Source of the DNA: Candidatus Micrarchaeota archaeon
GTDB lineage: Archaea > Micrarchaeota > Micrarchaeia > Norongarragalinales > Norongarragalinaceae
DNA: 64,000 nucleotides
Reading direction: 5' to 3'
NCBI GenBank assembly: GCA_964580705.1
Contig: CAZOKY010000001.1
Span: 1,224-65,223 of the forward strand
Below the pieces are notes generated by a model. The model was given only the letters and a program-made list of their open reading frames with translations, ran no database searches and had not been told where the DNA came from. This document shows, in pieces, positions 55,571 through 64,000 of this stretch. The translations under genes were made by a program, and so were the position numbers. How positions within the stretch are numbered: the stretch's first letter is position 1; each line of letters begins with the position of its first letter.

Positions 55571-56998
55571 TCAACGCATGATCTTGTTGAGAACGGGATA
55601 CATTTCAAACAACTGCTGCTTCGCGAGATCCTCGTAAAAACGGTAAATGATTCCGACGGTGAGCAGAATTCCCGTGCCCGTCCCCAGCGCACCCGTGATG
55701 TCCGCGAACCACGCCAGAACACCCACGAAAATACTGCCTAAAATCGTGATTATGGGAATATACCGCTCGAGAATCTTTTCCGTCACGCGCGGGTCCTGCC
55801 TGAAGCCGGGAATCTGCAACCCCGCCCGATTCAACTGCCCGGCAACCTCCTTCGCGCCCATACCCGTACTCTCAATCCAAAACCAACCGAAAACAACGCA
55901 CAAAAGCACCAAGACGACTCCGTAAACCAACGCGTGCAAAATCTCGTTCGGCTGGGAAATGAATTGCAAATACGTTTGGTAACCCCCCATCAGCAACGGA
56001 GACGGAAGCGAGTTAACGTAGTAAGCGAACCCGCTGATCGGACGATTATCCTGGTACTCCCCGAGAAAACCAGCGCGGTGAGTCATGCTCCCATCTATGG
56101 GCGCGGAAGTAAACATGCCGACTAGCTGGATGTTGAGGATGACTGCGCTCGCGAGAATAACGGGAATGTTCGAGACGTACAGGAACTTTATCGGGTAACG
56201 CGCCCCCAAACCGCGCGCTCTTCCGTAAGCGAGCGGCAGCTCTATCTTCATTCCTTCCACGTAAACGACGACTAGAAAGACGACGATCGTGAAAACTATC
56301 GGGACTACGCTCCAAATCGCGTTCAACACGTCGCCGCTCGCGAGAGCGTACAACGCGCCGGGAATGAGTCCAGCGGGAATACCCGTCGCGCCCGGCACGA
56401 GGCTCAACGAACCGATGAAAACGGATTGGCAGACGCCCGCCGCGATGAACAACGATATACCCGAACCGATTCCGTACTTCTGCACGACTTCATCGAGGTA
56501 AAGCAGTATCACGGAAGCGAGAGCGAGTTGTAATACGACGATGATTTGCGTCAATAAAAACGAGCCGAAAAGCATTCCCGATTGCGACGCGGGCAAATAA
56601 CCGCTGAAAACGTATATTCCCGCCTCGAAAAAACTGAGCAGAACCGCGAGAAGCTTTTGGAGGCCTTGAAAACGCTTTTTGCCTTCAGGATCGCTCAAGT
56701 CCACGTTGATGAGTTTCGCGCCGACCGCGAGTTGAAGGAAAATGCTGGCGAGCACGATGGGGCCGATTCCCGCGGTAATGAGCGTGCCCATGCGGCTGCC
56801 GAGCAGAATGTCGAGGCGCTCGAAACTCGTTATGCGCGAGTAATCCGCTCCGATCGGGTAAATCTGCCCGAGAATGAAGAAGACGAGCAGCACGGCTGCG
56901 GTCCACAAAAGTTTTTGCTTTAGCGGCGCGGCGCGTTCGGCGCGCTTTACTTCAGGCAGAATGCTCAGCAGCGGATCTAAAGCGCTCCAAAAGCCCAT
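55571..56998 (-). CDS. secY: Preprotein translocase subunit SecY
   Basis: GIGPIV, YGIGSGISLFIAAGV, YPIKFLYVSNIPVIL, IPGFR, GTGILLTV. Confidence 0.98.
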   Translation of the reverse strand: MGFWSALDPLLSILPEVKRAERAAPLKQKLLWTAAVLLVFFILGQIYPIGADYSRITSFERLDILLGSRMGTLITAGIGPIVLASIFLQLAVGAKLINVDLSDPEGKKRFQGLQKLLAVLLSFFEAGIYVFSGYLPASQSGMLFGSFLLTQIIVVLQLALASVILLYLDEVVQKYGIGSGISLFIAAGVCQSVFIGSLSLVPGATGIPAGLIPGALYALASGDVLNAIWSVVPIVFTIVVFLVVVYVEGMKIELPLAYGRARGLGARYPIKFLYVSNIPVILASAVILNIQLVGMFTSAPIDGSMTHRAGFLGEYQDNRPISGFAYYVNSLPSPLLMGGYQTYLQFISQPNEILHALVYGVVLVLLCVVFGWFWIESTGMGAKEVAGQLNRAGLQIPGFRQDPRVTEKILERYIPIITILGSIFVGVLAWFADITGALGTGTGILLTVGIIYRFYEDLAKQQLFEMYPVLNKIMR

Positions 56999-57160
56999 GA
57001 TTCAAAACCCACTTCGAAAAATTTAAGCTCGCAACGGAATAAAAAAACAAAAAAAACTGAAAACGCGGACGAAAATAAACGCAGACTGATTTAAAAAACC
57101 GCGTTGAAACGCTTTGAAACGGAAAGAAACGGAAAGAAACGAAAAGAAAAGGAATTAAAA

Positions 57161-57205
57161 GGAAAAAAGAAAAAAGGAAAAAAGAAAAAAGGAAAAAAGA
57201 AAAAA
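57161..57205. repeat. 15-bp tandem repeat GGAAAAAAGAAAAAA x3
   Basis: Three perfect copies in the L15-secY spacer. Confidence 0.85.
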
Positions 57206-57213
57206 GCAAAACG

Positions 57214-57645
57214 TCACTCGGTTGAAACCGTTCCGCCAGCCGCAATTATCTTCTGTTTCGCCTTCTCGGAAACGCCGCCCGCGCGCAACGCTATTTTCGA
57301 GCGCAAAACACCGCCCGACAATACCTTGCAGTCGCGCAACGACAACGCGTAAACCCCGTCGGCGCCGGCAGCGTGCTTGCCCGCGTCGATCGCGCTTTGA
57401 ATCTCGCGAAGGCTCGTCTCGAGCAGTCTCGCGCGCTTTCGCGACGCCGCAGTCGGGTTCACGAAACCTTTTTCGCCGTGAATCTCGCCGCGCTTTATCG
57501 TTTGAAGCCACTTGTGCTTGTGGAATCCCGCGCGCCCGACGCCTCCACGCGAGCCTTTGCCGCGGCGGTTCTTCGTGTTTCCACCGCCGTGCGTGCGGTT
57601 GCCTAAAAACTTTTTCTTTCCGCGCGAACGAATTCTTCGAGCCAT
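57214..57645 (-). CDS. rpl15: 50S ribosomal protein L15
   Basis: GNRTHGGG..KNRRGKGSRGG.G.AG..KHK, KVL..G, KIIAAGG. Confidence 0.95.
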   Translation of the reverse strand: MARRIRSRGKKKFLGNRTHGGGNTKNRRGKGSRGGVGRAGFHKHKWLQTIKRGEIHGEKGFVNPTAASRKRARLLETSLREIQSAIDAGKHAAGADGVYALSLRDCKVLSGGVLRSKIALRAGGVSEKAKQKIIAAGGTVSTE

Positions 57646-57690
57646 AAAACAAAAACCCCTTTAAACGTCAAAACGCCAAATTCAACAACG

Positions 57691-58038
57691 TCAAATCATC
57701 GCTTTAATCAAGTCGTTTATTTTCTCGCCGCGGTAGCCGAGCGCGCCTTTCGGGTAGTGCTGGCGAATCCCGCCTTTGAAGCCGCCGCGAGGAGGCTGCA
57801 AACGGTAAACGACTTTTTCTTCTCCAAACTTCTTCTTCAACAACGCAATCGTCTCGTCGCTCGCCTCACCCCAAGAAGCGTAATCGCGAATCTTCACGAG
57901 CATTCCGGTAGTCGAAACGTTTTGAGGAACGAGCACGCAATGATTCTTGCGAGTCAAACGAAACGCCCGAAAAATGCTTTCAACTCGCTCGCGCGTCCTC
58001 ATGACGCCTCGAATCCTTACGACGGCAAACAAAACCAC
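57691..58038 (-). CDS. rpl30: 50S ribosomal protein L30
   Basis: AVVRIRG, L.RKNHCV, RLQPPRGG, LGYRGEKINDLI. Confidence 0.95.
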   Translation of the reverse strand: MVLFAVVRIRGVMRTRERVESIFRAFRLTRKNHCVLVPQNVSTTGMLVKIRDYASWGEASDETIALLKKKFGEEKVVYRLQPPRGGFKGGIRQHYPKGALGYRGEKINDLIKAMI

Positions 58039-58070
58039 GAAAACTCAACTCCCTCATTAAAACCAAAAAA

Positions 58071-58955
58071 TCATTTTTCAACTGCAGAATCCGATTCGGG
58101 TTTTTGAACCGCGTCGGAAACGCTCGACTGCCCAGCAACGCCTTCCGCGCCGGCCGCGGCGGCTCCGCCAGCTGCTTCGCCAACTGCTTCGCCAACGGCG
58201 CCGGCTTGCTCTTCGCCTGCTTCGTCAGCCTCGCTTTCGCTGGAACCGTCGGTTCCCTTCTTCAAGCTGTTAAGCGAATTCAAAGCGTTGATCGTCGCCA
58301 AAATCATGTTGAGCACGTTTCGGGTGCGCCCCTTCGCGAAACTCCAAGCGTCGTGAACTCCCGCCAGCTCCAAAACTTTTTTCGCCGTACCGCCAGCCAC
58401 GAGTCCGACTCCTCGCGGCGCCGGCTTGATCCAAATGTGAGTGCTGCCGCTGTTTCCATGTACTTCGCGAAGAACGGTGTGAGGTTGTCCGCAACCGCAC
58501 TCCCACGAGCCGCAACCGAGGCTCACTCGCACTAGGTTTTTCTTGGCGTCCAACACGGCTTCGCTGATCGCGTCCCTGCTTTCAGGCGCCTTGCCCATGC
58601 CGACGCCTACGTAACCGCTTCTGTTGCCGACGAGCACGACGGCGCGCATCTGCATTTTGCGGCCGCAACCCGTCATTCTTTGCGTGCTTGAAACTTCCAT
58701 GACTTCTTCCGCGAGCTGTCCTTTAAGCAAGAAATCGATTATTTGCGGTTCGAGAATCTTGCGCCCGCTGTTGAAAACCGCTTCAAGCGACGAATACTCG
58801 CCCGCAACTACTTTTTTCCCTAACTCGGTCCGCGGAACCCACTCGGCTTGAGCCGGTTCCTCGCGGCGCCTGCGGAAACCGCCTTCTCGGCCGCCCGGCC
58901 TTCCGCCCCTGCCGCGTTCATCGCTTTTTCCGCGACCGCGTTTTGTAAAAGCCAA
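58071..58955 (-). CDS. rps5: 30S ribosomal protein S5
   Basis: WVPRTELGK, GCGSWECGC, PAPRGVGL. Confidence 0.97.
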   Translation of the reverse strand: MAFTKRGRGKSDERGRGGRPGGREGGFRRRREEPAQAEWVPRTELGKKVVAGEYSSLEAVFNSGRKILEPQIIDFLLKGQLAEEVMEVSSTQRMTGCGRKMQMRAVVLVGNRSGYVGVGMGKAPESRDAISEAVLDAKKNLVRVSLGCGSWECGCGQPHTVLREVHGNSGSTHIWIKPAPRGVGLVAGGTAKKVLELAGVHDAWSFAKGRTRNVLNMILATINALNSLNSLKKGTDGSSESEADEAGEEQAGAVGEAVGEAAGGAAAAGAEGVAGQSSVSDAVQKPESDSAVEK

Positions 58956-59012
58956 TCAACAACACGCTCCCTTTAACTTTTTTTAAACTTTTTTAAGTTT
59001 TTTTAACTTTTT

Positions 59013-59534
59013 TTAACTTTTTTTCTGTTTTTGGTAAACGCTTATCTTGTTCTTCGCTTCCGCGAACTGTTTCTGCGCGGCTTCGTTCAAGTGTTTTCCT
59101 TCAATTCGCTCCGCGCTCGGAATCTTGTCCGGGGAAAACGGCGCCTTGAGTCCCGCGTCAACCGCGCCCTTCAACGCCGCGAAAACGACTGCGCCTTTCG
59201 AAGCAGTCTGCAAACCCAAGTCGAGCACGAACTCGCGCACCCCGCTCGCCGCGGCGCGTTTCGCCGCAAGCATGCCCGTGAGGTAAGCGCTCGGCGTGTT
59301 GCACTTGCCGTCGAAACCGAATTCCTTCAATTCGGAAGAACAAGCGCTTGCAACTACCGCGTCGCCCGCTTCGCGGAAATCGCAGAATTGGGCGTAAACG
59401 AACTGGTTCGTCTTGCGAACTACGAGGCGCGTCTTGCCGCTCTTCAGCAACGCGAGGCGCTTCTCGTAATCCGTCTTGTTCTCGCGCCTGCGGCGGAAGT
59501 GAACCGAATACAAAGGACCGAAAGCTTTAGCCAT
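59013..59534 (-). CDS. rpl18: 50S ribosomal protein L18
   Basis: RRRRENKTDY..RL.LL, NTPSAYLTG, LKGAVDAGL. Confidence 0.97.
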   Translation of the reverse strand: MAKAFGPLYSVHFRRRRENKTDYEKRLALLKSGKTRLVVRKTNQFVYAQFCDFREAGDAVVASACSSELKEFGFDGKCNTPSAYLTGMLAAKRAAASGVREFVLDLGLQTASKGAVVFAALKGAVDAGLKAPFSPDKIPSAERIEGKHLNEAAQKQFAEAKNKISVYQKQKKS

Positions 59535-59589
59535 AATTCATCAACATTTTCCGATTTCCGTTTTTTTTCAATTTTTTCAATCTTTAAAT

Positions 59590-60015
59590 TCAACGCTTCT
59601 CCAAGCCGCGGACAAACTCCGCCAACTGCCTCTTGTTCTTGAAGAAACCTCCTTTAATCATTCTGTAAGCGCGCCGGTAATCCTTGCGTTCAACCTTTCC
59701 TTTCCGCAACGCCAACGCGCGCCTCAAACAGCGGACGAGCGCGATCCATTCGCTTTTCCCGCGCGACGCAACGCTTCCCTTCACGCTTCCCGCGCCCCGC
59801 CTGCGCCCCGAGTGCGTGCGTTGTTGCTTGAAACGGGCTTTCGCGCGCCCCGAACCCTTCGCTTTCACGACTGCCACCGCGCCTTCCGAGAAAAGCGTGC
59901 GCACGTCGTCGCGAGTCAACGCCTCGTTCGCGCGCTTCGCGTCGACGACGCGTATGCGCGATTCGCCTACGCCGGCTACGGCGGCGGCGAGCCTTCGAAC
60001 GGTTTTAAGCGTCAT
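59590..60015 (-). CDS. rpl19e: 50S ribosomal protein L19e
   Basis: RRLAA, A.TRDDVR, GRRRGAGSVKG, YR..KGGFF. Confidence 0.95.
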   Translation of the reverse strand: MTLKTVRRLAAAVAGVGESRIRVVDAKRANEALTRDDVRTLFSEGAVAVVKAKGSGRAKARFKQQRTHSGRRRGAGSVKGSVASRGKSEWIALVRCLRRALALRKGKVERKDYRRAYRMIKGGFFKNKRQLAEFVRGLEKR

Positions 60016-60094
60016 GAATCATTTTCACTTCCTCGTTTCAACACGCAATGCTTTTGCGTTTTCTCTTCAATAAATTTCTTTTTACAAAATCTTT

Positions 60095-60439
60095 TTACAA
60101 AACCTTGACGTCGAGCTGTACGGCGCGGGCGCGAATCGCTGCGCGCTTGCGTTTGCCCACGCACGCCGCAATGCGCGCGGCATCCGTAACGCAGTCGAGT
60201 TTTTCCAAATCCGCTTCGTTGAAAACGCGTATCTCGCGCAAACCGCACGGGTGCAAGCCGCGAGTCGCGCGCGCGTTCCTGTAACCGATGCTCGGCGAAG
60301 CTCCAAAACCCCACTTGTAAATGCGTTGCTTGTTGTCGATTCCGCGCGGCTTGCGCCACCCCGTGACGGTCACGCGCCTTTTCAAGTGCACGTTCTGCCT
60401 CTGGAATTTCGGATGCTTTTTCTTGACTATCTTGTTCAT
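60095..60439 (-). CDS. rpl32e: 50S ribosomal protein L32e
   Basis: PKFQRQ, WRKPRGIDNK, IGY, RGLHP.G. Confidence 0.96.
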   Translation of the reverse strand: MNKIVKKKHPKFQRQNVHLKRRVTVTGWRKPRGIDNKQRIYKWGFGASPSIGYRNARATRGLHPCGLREIRVFNEADLEKLDCVTDAARIAACVGKRKRAAIRARAVQLDVKVL

Positions 60440-60464
60440 GAAAACCACTTAAAAACCACTTTTT

Positions 60465-60989
60465 TTACTCCGAGTAATAAACGCCGTCCTGGAAGACGCG
60501 AACGTCGCGCGCCTTGATTTTCGTGGCGCGGACGATGTTGTTCGCCGTTTGCCCGACGTCTTCCTTGTCCTTGCCTTTAACCGTGACAATGTTTCCCGCC
60601 ACGCTCACGGACGCGTCGCCGCAAACTCTTGCTTTTCGCGAGAGTTTCTCGCCCAAAAAATTCTTTATCGCGACGTCTTTGCCTTTGACTTCTATTGAAA
60701 TCGGGAAGTGCGCGAAAACTACTTCCAAACGCTTCTCGAAACCTTTAGTCAAACCGGCAGCCATATTGCGCGCGTGCGCTTCGACCGAGTGCGCGGCAGC
60801 CCTCAACGCGCGCGTTTCCTTGCGCCTGGGCTTGACTACGAGCTCGCCGTTTTCGACTTTCACGTCCAGCAAACGCGAATTGAATTTCTTTTCGAGTGCG
60901 CCGCCGCTCGCTTTAACTCGCAAGACGTCGCCGGCGACTTCGATTGAAACCCCTTCAGGAACCTTCATTTTACAAAAAACCTTTTTCAA
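60465..60989 (-). CDS. rpl6: 50S ribosomal protein L6
   Basis: HFPI, NFLGEK, VGQTANNI, DVRVFQDGVY. Confidence 0.96.
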   Translation of the reverse strand: MKKVFCKMKVPEGVSIEVAGDVLRVKASGGALEKKFNSRLLDVKVENGELVVKPRRKETRALRAAAHSVEAHARNMAAGLTKGFEKRLEVVFAHFPISIEVKGKDVAIKNFLGEKLSRKARVCGDASVSVAGNIVTVKGKDKEDVGQTANNIVRATKIKARDVRVFQDGVYYSE

Positions 60990-61018
60990 AACCGTTAAAC
61001 AAAAACCGTTTCAGCAAA

Positions 61019-61402
61019 TCAATAAACGAACGCTATCAAACGGCCGCCCGTCTTCGCCTGCTTCGCCGCGCGGTGCGTAAGCAAACCCTTCGGCGTCGAA
61101 ACGACGAGCAACCCGACGTCCCTCGACGGGAGAAAACGCTGTTCGTACTTCTCGAAGTCCACGAACTTGACGGCGAAACGCGGCTTCACCACGCCGCACT
61201 CGTTGATTTTGCCGAGCAGCTTCACGATGAATTCCCCGCTTTTTCCGTCGTCCACGAACTCGAACTCGCCGAGATAACCGTTCTGCTGCAAAAGCAACAA
61301 CGTCTCGCGCACGAGCTTCGACGCGGGCCTAATCCGCGTTTCGTTCGCTCCCTTCGCTTCCGCTACCTTGATCGAGTTCAACGCGTGAGCCAAAACATCC
61401 AT
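61019..61402 (-). CDS. rps8: 30S ribosomal protein S8
   Basis: PASKL, GYLGEFE, GKINECGVVKPR, STPKG, GGRLIAFVY. Confidence 0.97.
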   Translation of the reverse strand: MDVLAHALNSIKVAEAKGANETRIRPASKLVRETLLLLQQNGYLGEFEFVDDGKSGEFIVKLLGKINECGVVKPRFAVKFVDFEKYEQRFLPSRDVGLLVVSTPKGLLTHRAAKQAKTGGRLIAFVY

Positions 61403-61453
61403 TTCAAACCAAATCCTTCCAAATATTTCATTAACCGTTTTTTGTTCCTTCGT

Positions 61454-61612
61454 TTAATAGTATTTCTTGAAGCCGATGCTGTTGGCGTGCTCTCGGAAGC
61501 AACGCCTGCACAAGTACAAATCGTACTTGCGGATCAAGCCGTGCACGTTGCCGCAAATGCGGCACTTCCTGACGCCGCGATGCTTTCTCTTCGACTCCAG
61601 TTTTTGAACCAA
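61454..61612 (-). CDS. rps14: 30S ribosomal protein S14 (Zn-binding)
   Basis: Manual translation [52 protein letters not shown]; not in ORF track. Confidence 0.96.
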   Translation of the reverse strand: MVQKLESKRKHRGVRKCRICGNVHGLIRKYDLYLCRRCFREHANSIGFKKYY

Positions 61613-61641
61613 CAAACCACCTGAAAAACATTAAAGGAAAA

Positions 61642-62169
61642 TCATTCTTCTTCTTTTGAAACGACTGAAACGCCGAACGCCTTCGTAACGAAATCAATTG
61701 CCTCGCGCTTGGAAACGCGTTGCTTCCTGCTGAGCCTGCGCTTCGCGATGCGCCTGCGGCCGACTCGCGCGCCCGCCTTGCTGAGCGTCAAGCAAACGTC
61801 GAAGCCTATCATTCCCAGCGAAGGGTCGTACTTCATCCCCGGCAAGTCGATGTACTCCTTCACGCCGAACGCCACGTTTCCATAGTCGTCGAACGAGCGC
61901 TCGCTGATTTTTCCGTCGACTACTTCAAGCGCCTTCTTGAGGAACGCCGCCGCCTCCGTTCCGCGCAGCGTGACTTTCACCCCGATTTCGTCGCCCTTGC
62001 GGACGTTGAACGCGGGATTGCGGGCGCGCGCTTTAGTCGCAACGGCTTTTCGCCCCGTAATGCGTTCGAGAAGCGAGCGCGAATTCTCCAGCTTCTGCCC
62101 CGCTTCGCCCGAACCAATGTTGAGCGTGACTTTCTCGAGAAACGCCTCGCTCATCGTTTTTCCAGCCAT
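61642..62169 (-). CDS. rpl5: 50S ribosomal protein L5
   Basis: EKVTLNIG.GE.G, IGVKVTLRG, FGVKEYID.PGMKYDP. Confidence 0.97.
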   Translation of the reverse strand: MAGKTMSEAFLEKVTLNIGSGEAGQKLENSRSLLERITGRKAVATKARARNPAFNVRKGDEIGVKVTLRGTEAAAFLKKALEVVDGKISERSFDDYGNVAFGVKEYIDLPGMKYDPSLGMIGFDVCLTLSKAGARVGRRRIAKRRLSRKQRVSKREAIDFVTKAFGVSVVSKEEE

Positions 62170-62222
62170 GAAAACCAAAACCAAAAACAAAATCAAAAAC
62201 AAAAACTTTTTCGAAAAACCGT

Positions 62223-62933
62223 TTACGCGGCTTGCATCGACTTCACGAATTCTTCATCCACGACGAAAACGTAATCCTTCAGCGTCACGAGTTCCGACCC
62301 GCCTTCGACGACGAGCTTCGCGTTCCTGCCTTCAGCGGACACGAGCCGTCCCATGGCGCCCGAGTGTTTTCCGTGCGAGACGTAACACCACGCGTTCTTC
62401 TCGAGTTTGAGGAAACCCTTGAGTTCCTGCTTGGGAACCCCGATTTTAACGGTGTCGCCAGTCTTGAAGCGGTCCTCTTCTTTCTCAATCAAGATGCTGC
62501 GGCCGTCGTGCAAAACGAGTTGCACGCGTCCTTTCTTCACCGTGTTCTTGCCGTTCACGCGGCAGTACTTCACGTTCGCCGCATCGCCGGAAATCGCCTT
62601 CAAGTCGAGCTTGTTCTTTCGAAGCAAAACGCGGTAAAACACGTTCACGAGAGGAATTGACACGACGCTCATCAAACCGACGGGAAAACCGGCGTCGCGC
62701 ACCACTCTGCCATCCACGAGAACGCTTTTCTCGTTGAAGACTTTCTTCGCTTCGCGCGCGTCGCCCGCCAAGCGCAACGCATCGCGCAAAACCATGAGCA
62801 ACGGCATTGATTCTGCAAGCGCGCCCGGTCCCGCGACCGCTTTCTTCACGAATTTGGTTTCCTTTCGGGAAACGCGCAACGCGATTGGCGCCGCGAGAGC
62901 CTTCAAGTGCCTTGCACAACCGTGTCCAGCCAT
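62223..62933 (-). CDS. rps4e: 30S ribosomal protein S4e
   Basis: HLK.LAAP, VDGRV.RD..FPVGLM, QL.LHDGR, GKHSG. Confidence 0.96.
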   Translation of the reverse strand: MAGHGCARHLKALAAPIALRVSRKETKFVKKAVAGPGALAESMPLLMVLRDALRLAGDAREAKKVFNEKSVLVDGRVVRDAGFPVGLMSVVSIPLVNVFYRVLLRKNKLDLKAISGDAANVKYCRVNGKNTVKKGRVQLVLHDGRSILIEKEEDRFKTGDTVKIGVPKQELKGFLKLEKNAWCYVSHGKHSGAMGRLVSAEGRNAKLVVEGGSELVTLKDYVFVVDEEFVKSMQAA

Positions 62934-62942
62934 AAAAACAAA

Positions 62943-63437
62943 TCACTTCTTCAATTCTTCAATCTTCGCTACATTCGACGCCGCATTCGTTGCCGCGTTC
63001 GCCACCGCATTCGTCGCCGCGTTCGACGCCGCGGGTTTAACCGCTTCGAACGCCTTCTTTGCTTCTTGCTTTTTTTCCTTGCGCTTCGGAGTGCGGGCAG
63101 CCAACTCGATTATCAAGAGCTTGCTCGCGTGAATCGGAACCGGAACTTCCTTGCCGCTTTGCTTCTTGCGCACGATTCCTTCGATGACCGCGCTGGAATC
63201 CTTCAAGTAAACGCTGAAAACTTTGCCTTCCTTTTTCTTGAAGGAACCGCGCAACACGCGCACTTTGTCTCCTTTCTTGAGTTGCACGCTGCGCTTCTTC
63301 ATCTTCGCCCTCAACTCTTTCGACAAGTGCGCAGCCGCGAGCTTTTGCCTAGCGTGAAGCGGAGCCTCGTAAAGCGCCAAACGCTTTTTGCGCGGCTTCG
63401 CGGAAAACGGATTCAAAAACCTCATGATTTTTTTCAA
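62943..63437 (-). CDS. rpl24: 50S ribosomal protein L24 with repetitive C-tail
   Basis: PRKKR...APLH, LSKELR, GDKVRVLRG KOW, IHASK; start may be ATG 63425. Confidence 0.95.
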   Translation of the reverse strand: MKKIMRFLNPFSAKPRKKRLALYEAPLHARQKLAAAHLSKELRAKMKKRSVQLKKGDKVRVLRGSFKKKEGKVFSVYLKDSSAVIEGIVRKKQSGKEVPVPIHASKLLIIELAARTPKRKEKKQEAKKAFEAVKPAASNAATNAVANAATNAASNVAKIEELKK

Positions 63438-63468
63438 CTTCGCTTCATTTTTTTCTTTTTTTATTCGC

Positions 63469-63864
63469 TTAAACGACTGCCGTAGCTATCGCCACGACTT
63501 TAGGGTAACGTTCCGCGATTTCGCGAGCCACGCAACCCTTGATTTCCGTCGCACGAGGCAAACCGGCATCGTCGATGAGAACGCAAGCATTGTCTTCGAA
63601 ACGCACCCTCTCCTTTCCGCGCCTGTACTCGCGGCGTTGGCGGATTATGACCGCGCGTTCCTTCTTCTTCACCATGTCGGGCTTGCCTTTCTTTACCGCG
63701 ACGATTACCAGGCTGCCGACGCCCGCTGAGGGAACTCGGCGCAAACGCGAGCGCGAACCCAAAATGCCGATTATCTGGACTACTTTAGCGCCCGAGTTGT
63801 CGTCGCAAACGAGCCTCGTGCCTATAGTGAGTCCGGCTGTTATCCGCGCAGTCAAACCAAGCAT
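63469..63864 (-). CDS. rpl14: 50S ribosomal protein L14
   Basis: CDDNSGAK, VKKGKP, IIRQR, FEDNA.V, IKG.VARE. Confidence 0.97.
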   Translation of the reverse strand: MLGLTARITAGLTIGTRLVCDDNSGAKVVQIIGILGSRSRLRRVPSAGVGSLVIVAVKKGKPDMVKKKERAVIIRQRREYRRGKERVRFEDNACVLIDDAGLPRATEIKGCVAREIAERYPKVVAIATAVV

Positions 63865-63918
63865 TTCAAAAACACCGAAAAATAATTTCCTTAAAACGTT
63901 TCAAATAAAATTTAAAAG

Positions 63919-64000
63919 TTATTCTTTTATTACGACGTGCGACTTCGTTTTGCTGAGCTTCCTGCATTCGGCGATTTTCACGGTTTCGCCTTCCTTGACT
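63919..64000 (-). CDS. rps17: 30S ribosomal protein S17 (3' end only)
   Basis: Manual translation ...VKEGETVKIAECRKLSKTKSHVVIKE*; position upstream of L14. Confidence 0.92.
   Translation of the reverse strand, partial: VKEGETVKIAECRKLSKTKSHVVIKE

Noticed and set aside
57104..57352. Lys-rich ORF and CRISPR-like appearance of the L15-secY spacer
   Set aside because: A simple purine tandem repeat without unique spacers. No cas genes and no repeat-spacer array anywhere in the window.

Overview
Archaeal chromosome segment, most likely DPANN, Candidatus Micrarchaeota. This is inferred from archaeal ribosomal and RNA polymerase genes, a class I LysRS, an ~400-aa three-unit-type tRNA splicing endonuclease, tRNA introns at non-canonical positions and an LLFGC lipoprotein-like motif. 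The window is mostly housekeeping: a fumarase-alpha/malic enzyme pair, argS, lysS, endA, L30e-nusA-S12-S7-EF2, mtnA with a class II aldolase, alba, Lsm, minD, eIF5A, MCM, L1-P0-P1, and a long minus-strand ribosomal super-cluster (S17 to secY to cbf5, then tRNA-Ser-S13-S4-S11-rpoD-tRNA-Leu-L18e-L13-S9-rpoN). There are six tRNA genes. Three carry BHB introns: Ala at 20/21, Val at about 43/44, and Ser with two 52-nt introns at 37/38 and 59/60. An accessory block at ~34.9-46.8 kb holds an AT-rich TcmP plus atypical radical-SAM pair, a SOD-desulforedoxin-rubrerythrin cluster, a split MgtE, SdpI, a copper locus and a free-standing LAGLIDADG gene. The best candidates for undescribed biology are: (1) the copper locus, with a membrane-anchored Cys/His/Met sensor-wHTH protein and a 14-bp palindromic site; (2) the TcmP/Cx3Cx3C radical-SAM cassette; (3) structured RNAs in front of ribosomal operons, especially a promoter-bearing pseudoknot between cbf5 and tRNA-Ser. 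Seven genes absent from the ORF track were found by manual translation. All family assignments come from motif recognition by eye; no database search or folding program was run.
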